In this document: positions 17,598 to 24,798 of the stretch, one piece after another
How the letters are laid out: every line of letters starts with the position of its first letter
Numbering within the stretch: position 1 is the stretch's first letter
Assembly (NCBI GenBank): GCA_016210125.1
Contig: JACQUS010000499.1
Span: forward strand, 1-31,920
Source: Chloroflexota bacterium
GTDB taxonomy: Bacteria > Chloroflexota > UBA6077 > FW602-bin22 > JACQUS01
DNA length: 31,920 nt
Direction: 5' to 3'
Translations under genes and position numbers: made by a program
Notes under the pieces: model-generated
Told to the model about the DNA's origin: nothing
Seen by the model: only the letters and a program-made list of their open reading frames with translations
Databases searched by the model: none

Positions 17598-17804
17598 AAA
17601 GCTCACAGGGGTAGGAATTTCCCGGTGCGTGTCACGCTCGTGCCGTAGGGGCGGGGCTTGTCCCCGCCCGAACCCCCACCCCAGCGGGCGGCGACAAGCG
17701 CCGCCCCTACGCTGCGGCGCCTATCATCGCGGGACGGCCGCGCTGGGCATTTCTCCTTGCATCCGGGACCGCACATCGTGCATGGACCTACCCCTGTAAG
17801 CTTT
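17598..17804. mobile_element. MITE-like 207-bp unit bounded by 18-bp inverted repeats
   Basis: AAAGCTCACAGGGGTAGG (17598-17615) versus CCTACCCCTGTAAGCTTT (17787-17804): 17/18 inverted match; no coding capacity. Confidence 0.6.
17645..17710. repeat. GTAG-type REP pair in inverted orientation (REPIN)
   Basis: GTAG-GGGCGGGG-CTTGT-CCCCGCCC and, on the minus strand, GTAG-GGGCGGCG-CTTGT-CGCCGCCC. Confidence 0.85.
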
Positions 17805-17869
17805 CCCACGCGGTGGGTGAGGGACAGCGAAGACGCGCGCCCGGCATCTGATAGTACCAGGTGGGCGCG

Positions 17870-19816
17870 TCACACGTCGGCCGCGCTGCCACGCGGCGCC
17901 GGGCCTGCGAGCTGCGCCAGCGTATGCCGCAGTGCCGCCAGCGTGAAGGGTTTGCTCACGATGGCGTCGATCCCGTCCGGCCACTCGCCGGCGGCCTTCA
18001 TCATGTCGCCGAACCCGGTCACCAGGACCACCGGGGTGCTGGGCGATAGCTCCTTGATCGCTGTGGCCAGATGATCGCCGTTCATCTCCGGCATCCCCCG
18101 ATCGGTCAGCACCGCGTCGAAGCGCCCGGCGCGGAACTTGTCCAGCGCCTCGCGTCCGCACGTCGCCGCTTCGACCCGATGGCCGTCCGAGGCCAAATAC
18201 GCCGTCAGCAGCTCGCAGATGCGCGGCTCGTCGTCGACGACGAGCACACGCAGGGACCGCGCCAAGCGACCAGCCTCCGGCCGCCGGCCCTCCGCCCGAG
18301 CACCGGTGATCGGGAGGAGCAGGCGCATCGTCGTCCCGACATCGAGTGCGCTCTCGATGTCCAGCGTCCCATCGTGCCGCTGCACGATGCCGTGCACGAT
18401 GGCCAGCCCGAGGCCCGTGCCGCGGTCGCCCTTCGTCGAGAAGAACGGCTCGAGGCAGCGCCGGCGGACCTCCTCGGGCATGCCCGTACCCGTGTCGCCA
18501 ACCTCCACCGCGACGCAGGCGTCCTCCGCGCGCGTGCGCAACGTCAGGGTGCCGCCGGCCGGCATGGCGTCTACGGCGTTGAAGATCAGATTCGTCAGCG
18601 CCTCACGTAGCTCGGCGTCGCTGCCGGTGAGCGCTGGGACGGGCTGGAGGTCCGCGTGGACGGCGATGGTGACGCCTCGCGCCAGGGCCTGGTCCTTCCA
18701 GCGCGGCTGGGTGAGCGCGATGGCCTGCTCCACCACCAGGTTCAGGTCGATGGCCTCCTGCCGCTCGCCATCATTGCGGCTGCCGTAGAACTCGCTCAGG
18801 CGGCCGATGACGTTCGCCGCGTCCTGCGCCGCAGTGTGGATCAGCTCGAGATGCGACCTGATCTCTGCCGTGTCGTCGAGCTGGTCGAACCGCCGAAGCA
18901 GCAGCTCGGTGAAGCCGAGGATGGGCGCGAGCGCGTTGTTGAAGTCGTGGGCGATGCCGCTGGCCATCTGCCCCATGGCGCGCAGCCGCTCGTTCTCGAT
19001 GGCCCGCTGCTGCGTCTGGCGCAGCTCGGCCAACGCCTCCTGCAAGCGCCGGTCGCGGTCGCTGAGCGCCTGCTGCACCTGCCCCCGCGACTCCTTCAGC
19101 GCAGCCGTCATGCGGTCGAAGGAGCGGGCCAGCTCCCCGAACTCGTCGCCGCGAGACGTATCGGTCGAGCCTTCGAGGTCGCCAGCCGCGACTCTCTCAG
19201 TGGCGCGCACGAGCCGCCAGAGCGGCCGCGTGAGATACCGGGCCAGGGCGTACGAGAGCACGACGCCGACCGCGCTGAGCAGCAGCCCTTGCACCAGGTG
19301 CTCGAGAATGATGCCCCAGATTTTGGCGTCGAGCGAGTCCGAGCTGAGGGCGAAGCTGACGCCACCGAGAACCTCGTCCCCCACCCTCACCGGGCTGGCC
19401 GCCTCGGCCGCGTCGCCGGTGAAGCGCAGCCGCGTCGTCCGGTCCCGCAGCGCCGCCATGCCAAGCTCGCCGGCCACACCCGCCGGGTACCTCTCGTTGC
19501 CGCGCGACACCACGATGCGCCCTTCGGCGTCGTACACCTCGACGTAGGCCACATCTGGATGGCGGCTCATGAGCGCCGCGGTGTCGCGCGCGCGGTCCAC
19601 GTCGGGGAAGTACAGGGCGTCGGCCATGACCTCCGCGAGGGTCTGCGCCAGGAGGACGGCGCGCTCTTCGAGCTGCTGCCGGAAGATCGTCTGCTCGCGC
19701 TGCACGTCGAGCCAGGTGACGATGCCAATCATAGCGGCCACGAGCAGCGCCACGACCGAGGTGAGGGTCGAGGCGATGCCCCACCGGCGGGTCCGCTTGC
19801 CTCGCGTTGTCATCAT
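17870..19816 (-). CDS. Hybrid sensor histidine kinase / response regulator (TM-HAMP-HisKA-HATPase-REC)
   Basis: Two TMs, HAMP, H-box AHDFNN, N-box NLIFNAVDAM, DTGTGM, FFSTK, GTGLGL, receiver VVDDE...LTD...SKPF. Confidence 0.93.
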   Translation of the reverse strand: MMTTRGKRTRRWGIASTLTSVVALLVAAMIGIVTWLDVQREQTIFRQQLEERAVLLAQTLAEVMADALYFPDVDRARDTAALMSRHPDVAYVEVYDAEGRIVVSRGNERYPAGVAGELGMAALRDRTTRLRFTGDAAEAASPVRVGDEVLGGVSFALSSDSLDAKIWGIILEHLVQGLLLSAVGVVLSYALARYLTRPLWRLVRATERVAAGDLEGSTDTSRGDEFGELARSFDRMTAALKESRGQVQQALSDRDRRLQEALAELRQTQQRAIENERLRAMGQMASGIAHDFNNALAPILGFTELLLRRFDQLDDTAEIRSHLELIHTAAQDAANVIGRLSEFYGSRNDGERQEAIDLNLVVEQAIALTQPRWKDQALARGVTIAVHADLQPVPALTGSDAELREALTNLIFNAVDAMPAGGTLTLRTRAEDACVAVEVGDTGTGMPEEVRRRCLEPFFSTKGDRGTGLGLAIVHGIVQRHDGTLDIESALDVGTTMRLLLPITGARAEGRRPEAGRLARSLRVLVVDDEPRICELLTAYLASDGHRVEAATCGREALDKFRAGRFDAVLTDRGMPEMNGDHLATAIKELSPSTPVVLVTGFGDMMKAAGEWPDGIDAIVSKPFTLAALRHTLAQLAGPAPRGSAADV

Positions 19817-19825
19817 AGGAGCAAC

Positions 19826-20066
19826 CTACTTGCTAAGGAGCCGCAAGTATTCCCTCGCCTGCTCTAGTCCGCGTACCGAGTCGGCGGTGAGTTCGTCGAA
19901 CCTCGAGCCGTGGCCGGCGTGCGCGAGGATCTGCCGCCCTGGTCAATGCCGTTACGGGTTACGGGAACCCGTGGCCTGCGTACGCGAGGATCTGCCGCCC
20001 CTGCTCACTGCGGTCGAGCGCCAGCACCAACGCCTTAGGACTGGCAGGCTGCCTGCCTCGGCGCAT
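19826..20066 (-). pseudogene. Possible gene remnant (resembles the C-terminus of a PhnD-like binding protein) with an internal 33-bp duplication
   Basis: Two out-of-frame pieces, KALVLALDRSEQGRQILAYAGHG and GRQILAHAGHGSRFDELTADSVRGLEQAREYLRLLSK*; the stop lies 9 nt before the kinase ATG. Family assignment by recalled resemblance only. Confidence 0.35.
19908..20001. repeat. Direct repeat, 2 x 33 bp (30/33 identical), 61-bp period
   Basis: CCGTGGCCGGCGTGCGCGAGGATCTGCCGCCCT (19908) and CCGTGGCCTGCGTACGCGAGGATCTGCCGCCCC (19969). Confidence 0.9.
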
Positions 20067-20200
20067 ATCCTACCACAGCCTGCGCGGTCGAGCGAGCCGG
20101 CCGCCGCGCGCCCGCACGGTCGCCTGGCAAGCTCGGTGCGCTTCTGCCGCAGGCGTGCGACAGGGAAGGCGCTCGAGCCGAAAGCCGAGAGGAAGCTATA

Positions 20201-20515
20201 GGGGGCGACGCCCCCTTCGGCGGATCCTCCTGGGGTGGGGCCGGTCTCCGGCAAGCGCCATTCTCAAGTAAATCGCCCGGTGGCGGGCCGCGACCATCGG
20301 GGATGAAAAGGGGAATCCAAAGGGGGCGAAGCCCCCTTCGGGTCCGTAATTAGGGTGGGGTGGGGCAGGCCGACAGCGCGGGCCATCTCCAGAATGGTGG
20401 CCGAGGCGCCGTGGCGCACCGGCGCGAATGACAAGCGGCCATGCCTTAGGGGAGTCCAGAGGGGGCGAAGCCCCTCCTGGAACTCATCTCGGGGGTGGGG
20501 CGGGGCGGCCCGCCA
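20201..20515 (+). repeat. Cluster of three hairpin + G-tract copies (D 20201-20244, E 20310-20370, F 20449-20515) alternating with two 49-bp modules (20261-20309, 20386-20434)
   Basis: GGGGGCGACGCCCCC; GGGGAAT-CCAAAGGGGGC-GAA-GCCCCCTTCGG; GGGGAGT-CCAGAGGGGGC-GAA-GCCCCTCCTGG; each followed by GGGGTGGGG. Confidence 0.85.
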
Positions 20516-20606
20516 GAGCGCGATGGACGCTCGGTCCATCATGCCGTAGCATCATGAGCAAAACGCCGCGCGCGGCCACGCTGCCGCGCTCGAAAGGACG
20601 GATGGG

Positions 20607-21518
20607 ATGGAGAAGGCCGTCGCCCGTCGGCCACGTCTGGCCGACCTCGACCTGCCGACCGGCAAGCGCACGCGCCTCTATCGCTTGCTGTACCGCTATG
20701 GGCCCGGCAACGGCACGCTGATGGTCCTGCCCATTGACCAGGGCCTTGAGCACGGGCCGCGCGACTTCTTCCCCAACCCGCCGAGCGCCAATCCGGAGTT
20801 CCAGTTGCGGCTCGCGCGCGAGGGCGGGTTCTCGGGAATCGCGCTGCACATCGGCCTGGCCGAGCGCTACATGCGTGCCTGGGCCGGCGAGGTCCCGCTG
20901 GTGCTCAAGCTCAATGGCAAGACGGACATTCCGCCGGACGACGAGGCGTTCTCGCCGCAGACCGCCAGCGTCGGCGACGCGGTGCGCCTCGGCGCCGACG
21001 CCATCGGCTACACGCTCTACGTCGGCTCACCGGCGCAGGACCGCGACATCCTCCAGTTCGCGCGCATTCGCGAGGAGGCCGAGCGCTTCGGTATGCCGAT
21101 CATCGTCTGGGCCTACCCACGCGGGGCGCCCATGCAGGCCAAGGGCGGGCGCGACTCGCAGTACGCCGTCGAGTATGCCGCGCGCGTGGCCCACGAGCTG
21201 GGCGCGGACGTCATCAAGCTGAACATGCCGAAGCGCAATCCGGAGCGCGACACGCTGAGCCCGGCGCCGTACAACCAGCTTGAGCTGGGCGAGGAGGAGT
21301 CGCTGGCGCGCGTCGTCGAGGCTGCCGGCCGCAGCCTCGTCATCATCTCCGGCGGTGAGAAGGTGGACGACGAGCGCCTGCTGCACCGCGTCGGGGTGGC
21401 GCTCAGCGTGGGCGCGACGGGCTTCATCTTTGGCCGCAACATCTGGCAGCGGCCGTTCGACGACGCGCTGGCCCTCAGCCAGCGCATTCGCAACGCCCTG
21501 CTGCGCTATCCGGCGTAG
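20607..21518 (+). CDS. fbaB: Class I fructose-bisphosphate aldolase (DhnA/FbaB family)
   Basis: PIDQGLEHG, IGYTLYVGS, WAYPRG, ADVIKLNMP (Schiff-base Lys), SGG, FGRNIWQ. Confidence 0.88.
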   Translation: MEKAVARRPRLADLDLPTGKRTRLYRLLYRYGPGNGTLMVLPIDQGLEHGPRDFFPNPPSANPEFQLRLAREGGFSGIALHIGLAERYMRAWAGEVPLVLKLNGKTDIPPDDEAFSPQTASVGDAVRLGADAIGYTLYVGSPAQDRDILQFARIREEAERFGMPIIVWAYPRGAPMQAKGGRDSQYAVEYAARVAHELGADVIKLNMPKRNPERDTLSPAPYNQLELGEEESLARVVEAAGRSLVIISGGEKVDDERLLHRVGVALSVGATGFIFGRNIWQRPFDDALALSQRIRNALLRYPA

Positions 21519-21547
21519 GGGCGGCCGCCCCGCCCCTTCCCCCATCC

Positions 21548-21640
21548 GACGCGGAGACGCGGGGACGCGGAGATGGGGAGATGGGGAATCCAGAGAGGCT
21601 TCGCCCCTCTGGGACATCTCTTTGGGGGTGGGGTGGGGCG
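21548..21640 (+). repeat. 5 x 8-bp tandem (GACGCGGA/GATGGGGA) running into hairpin + G-tract copy G
   Basis: GGGGAAT-CCAGAGAGGC-TTC-GCCCCTCTGG-...-GGGGGTGGGGTGGGGCG. Confidence 0.8.
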
Positions 21641-21663
21641 TCAAGGCCGTGAGGAGGGCGAGC

Positions 21664-23106
21664 ATGGATCGCCGTGAGCTGGTTCGCGAGCTGGTCGCCG
21701 TCGTCGGCCAGGACGGCGTGCTGGCCAGCGACTACGACCTGCTGCTCTACCAATACGACGGCTCGATCGACACCGCTCGGCCCGACGTCGTTGTCCTGCC
21801 GCGCTCGGCCGAGCAGGTGGCGGCCATCGTCCGGCTGGCCGGCGTGCATGGCGTGCCCGTCGTGGCCCGCGGCGCCGGGACGGGACTGAGCGGCGGCTGC
21901 ATCCCCGTCGCGGGCGGCATTTTGCTCGGCTTTGCGCGCATGAACCGCATCGTCGAGATCGACCTGCCCGACCTGCGCGCCGTGGTCGAGCCGGGCGTCG
22001 TCAACCTGCATCTCTCGCAGGCCGTGGCTCACGAGCGCTTGCAGTACGTGCCCGACCCGTCGAGCCAGAAGGCGTGCACGATCGGCGGCAACGTCGGCGA
22101 GAACGCCGGCGGGCCGCACACCCTGGCGTACGGCGTGACGACCAACCACGTCCTCGGCCTGGAACTCGTCACCGCCGAGGGCGAGATCGTGCAGGTCGGC
22201 GGCCGGGCGCTCGACGGCCCGGGCTATGACCTCACCGGCCTGCTGGTCGGCTCGGAGGGCACGCTCGGCGTCGTCACCAAGATCATCGTCCGGCTGGCGC
22301 CGCTGCCGGAGGCCGTCAAGACGCTGCTCGCGGTCTTCGAGAGCGTGCGCAAGGCCAGCGAGGCCGTCTCGCGCATCATCGGCGCCGGCGTCGTCCCCGC
22401 GGCGCTGGAGATGATGGACGCCGTGACGCTGCGCGCCGTCGAGGAGGCGACGCACTTCGGCTACCCGATGGACGCCGGCGCGGTGCTGATCATCGAGCTG
22501 GAGGGCCTGCGCGAGGCCATCGAGGAGCAGGCCGAGCAGGTCGGCGCGCTGTGCCGCGAGGTCGGCGTCCTCGACCTCCGGGTGGCGCGCGACGACCGCG
22601 AGCGGGCGCTGCTGTGGAAGGGGCGCAAGGAGGCCTTCGGCGCGTTGGGTCGGCTGTGCCCCGAGTACTACGTTATGGATGGCGTGGTCCCGCGCTCGAA
22701 GTTGCCCGAGGTGCTCGACGAGATCACGGCCATCGCCGAGCGCTACGGCCTGCGCCTGGCCAACGTGTTCCATGCCGGCGACGGAAACCTGCACCCGCTG
22801 CTCATGTTCGACTCCGACGACCCCACCGCCGAGCAGCGCGTGCGCGAGGCCGGCGCCGAGGTGCTGCGCGTCTGCGCCGCTGTCGGCGGGTCGCCGACCG
22901 GCGAGCACGGCATCGGCGTCGAGAAGCGCGATCTCATGCCGCTGTTCTTCGACGACGCCGACATCGAGGCCATGAAGCGCCTGAAAGCGGTCTTCGATCC
23001 GGATGAGCGCTTCAACCCGGGCAAGATCTTCCCGACGCCCGGGGCCTGCGGCGAGCTGAAGCCGCGCTCGGTCAGCGTGGCCAGCCTGGCCGGAGGCGGC
23101 TGGTGA
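21664..23106 (+). CDS. glcD: Glycolate oxidase subunit GlcD (FAD-linked oxidase)
   Basis: ARGAGTGLSGG, PDPSSQKACTIGGNVGENAGG, GSEGTLG, HAGDGNLH, GEHGIG, FNPGKIFP. Confidence 0.9.
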   Translation: MDRRELVRELVAVVGQDGVLASDYDLLLYQYDGSIDTARPDVVVLPRSAEQVAAIVRLAGVHGVPVVARGAGTGLSGGCIPVAGGILLGFARMNRIVEIDLPDLRAVVEPGVVNLHLSQAVAHERLQYVPDPSSQKACTIGGNVGENAGGPHTLAYGVTTNHVLGLELVTAEGEIVQVGGRALDGPGYDLTGLLVGSEGTLGVVTKIIVRLAPLPEAVKTLLAVFESVRKASEAVSRIIGAGVVPAALEMMDAVTLRAVEEATHFGYPMDAGAVLIIELEGLREAIEEQAEQVGALCREVGVLDLRVARDDRERALLWKGRKEAFGALGRLCPEYYVMDGVVPRSKLPEVLDEITAIAERYGLRLANVFHAGDGNLHPLLMFDSDDPTAEQRVREAGAEVLRVCAAVGGSPTGEHGIGVEKRDLMPLFFDDADIEAMKRLKAVFDPDERFNPGKIFPTPGACGELKPRSVSVASLAGGGW

Positions 23107-24398
23107 GCGCGGCCACCGAGGCCGGCGTGCAGCCGAGCCTCGCCCCACTGGCTGACGCGCTCGGCGCCGCCTGCCGCGAGCCGTCGCCGGACGAGCTGGC
23201 GGCGCTGGCGATCCACGGCATCCGCCCGCGGCTCGTCTGCGTGCCGCAGAGCGTGGCCGAGGTCAGCGCGGCGCTGCGCGTCGCCGGCGCGGCCGGCCTG
23301 GCGATCATCCCGGCCGGCGGGCTGACGCAGCTCGGGCTGGGCGCGCCGCCACGGCGCAGCGACGTGCTGCTCGATCTGCGGGCGCTGGCCGCGGTCGTCG
23401 AGTACGCGCCGGAGGACCTGACCGCGACGGTGCAGGCCGGGATGCGGCTGGTCGATCTCCGGCGCCTGCTGGCCGAGCGCGGCCAGTTCCTGCCGCTCAA
23501 CCCGCCCCTGCCGGACGACGCCACCGTCGGCGGCATCCTGGCGACGAACGCGCACGGCTCCTGGCGCGCACGCTACGGTGCGCTGCGCGATCTGCTCATC
23601 GGCTCGCGCGTCGTCCACGGCGACGGGCTGGTGAGCCACAGCGGCGGCAAGGTGGTCAAGAACGTCGCCGGGTACGACCTGAACAAGGCCTGGGTCGGCT
23701 CGCTCGGTACTCTCGGCGTGGTTGTGGAAGCCACGTTCAAGCTCCAGCCGCTGCCGGCCGCGCGCGGCTGGTCGGAGGCCGCCTTCGCCGACGTCGCCGC
23801 GGCGGTCGGCGCGGCCGGCCGCCTAGCGCGCGCGCCCCTGCCGTACCTCGGTGCAGAGCTGCTAACGCCGCGCGCGGCCGCGGCCGTCGGGCTGGCGGCC
23901 GAGCACTTGCTGGTCGTCGAGTGGGGTGGCCCGGCCGCCGCCGTCGCCCGCTGCCAGCGCGAGTGGCCGGCCCTGGCGCACGCCGCCGAGGCGCGCCGCG
24001 CCGGCGACCGCCAGGCCGCGCCGCCGACGGCGACCTGGGGCTCGGCCGACGAGGTCGTGCTGCGGGCCTCGCTGCCCCTCGGCCACGTGGTGCCCTTGCT
24101 CGCTGAGCTGGAAAGCCAATGGCCGGCGGCCGGCGCCGTCGCCCAGGCGCTCACTGGGACGATCCGCGCCGCCGGGCCGCTGGAGCTCGGGCCGGGCGCG
24201 CCGCTCGTGCGCCACCTGCGTGGCTTCGCGACGGCCCTAGGCGGCTGGCTCGTCGTCGAGCGCGCGCCGCTGGCGCTGAAGGAGCAGGTGGACGTCTGGG
24301 GGCCGCCCGCCGGGCCGCTGGAGCTGATGCGCCGGCTCAAGCAGGCCTTCGACCCGGCGGGTATCATGAACCATGGCCGTTTCGTCGGCGGGCTGTAG
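23103..24398 (+). CDS. glcE: Glycolate oxidase FAD-binding subunit GlcE
   Basis: EYAPEDLTATVQAG, ATVGGILA, GGKVVKNVAGYDL, FDPAGIMN; GTGA overlap with the glcD stop. Confidence 0.85.
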   Translation: MSAATEAGVQPSLAPLADALGAACREPSPDELAALAIHGIRPRLVCVPQSVAEVSAALRVAGAAGLAIIPAGGLTQLGLGAPPRRSDVLLDLRALAAVVEYAPEDLTATVQAGMRLVDLRRLLAERGQFLPLNPPLPDDATVGGILATNAHGSWRARYGALRDLLIGSRVVHGDGLVSHSGGKVVKNVAGYDLNKAWVGSLGTLGVVVEATFKLQPLPAARGWSEAAFADVAAAVGAAGRLARAPLPYLGAELLTPRAAAAVGLAAEHLLVVEWGGPAAAVARCQREWPALAHAAEARRAGDRQAAPPTATWGSADEVVLRASLPLGHVVPLLAELESQWPAAGAVAQALTGTIRAAGPLELGPGAPLVRHLRGFATALGGWLVVERAPLALKEQVDVWGPPAGPLELMRRLKQAFDPAGIMNHGRFVGGL

Positions 24399-24429
24399 GA
24401 TGCGACCCCACCGCGCGTGCCCCGCCCCG

Positions 24430-24461
24430 GACGCGGGGACACGGGGACGCGGGGACGCGGC
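24430..24461 (+). repeat. 4 x 8-bp tandem GACGCGGG
   Basis: GACGCGGG GACACGGG GACGCGGG GACGCGGC; same unit as at 21548. Confidence 0.8.
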
Positions 24462-24496
24462 GAGAGGCAGCACGCCGCGGCGGCACGGCCCAAAGA

Positions 24497-24553
24497 GGGG
24501 GAGTCCAGAGGGGGCGAAGCCCCCTCTGGGATCCAACTCGGGGTGGGGCGGGG
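24497..24553 (+). repeat. Hairpin + G-tract dispersed repeat, copy I (closest to consensus)
   Basis: GGGGGAGT-CCAGAGGGGGC-GAA-GCCCCCTCTGG-GATCCAACTC-GGGGTGGGGCGGGG (perfect 11-bp stem). Confidence 0.9.
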
Positions 24554-24567
24554 TAACCCAGCAGCTA

Positions 24568-24616
24568 TTTTCAGGGGAGCGGTCGATGCGCCGTGGCGCA
24601 CCGGTGGGGATGAAAA
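24568..24616 (+). repeat. 49-bp module with TTTTCA...TGAAAA termini
   Basis: Contains GCGCCGTGGCGCACCGG, identical to 20406-20422. Confidence 0.75.
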
Positions 24617-24631
24617 CGCGGCGCAAGCGAT

Positions 24632-24689
24632 GGGAACGCGGGCATCCTGCCCACACGAGGGAGCGGGCGGGCGAGACGCCCGCGCTCCC
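24632..24689. repeat. Inverted pair of short palindromic repeats (REPIN-like, second family)
   Basis: GGGAACGCGGGCATCCTGCCC and, on the minus strand, GGGAGCGCGGGCGTCTCGCCC. Confidence 0.6.
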
Positions 24690-24798
24690 GGCCGATGTTC
24701 AGGGGGGCCTGAGGCGGCCTTGCGCGCTGTAGGGGGCCTAGAGCGCCAAGGTGGGCGTGCCGGCGCGCGAGACCGCGGCGCAGGCGCGAGGGATCGAT

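Noticed and set aside
19908-20001. Two 33-bp repeats with a 28-bp spacer as a mini-CRISPR array
   Set aside because: Only two units, no cas genes or AT-rich leader, and the differences follow codon positions, which favours a coding remnant
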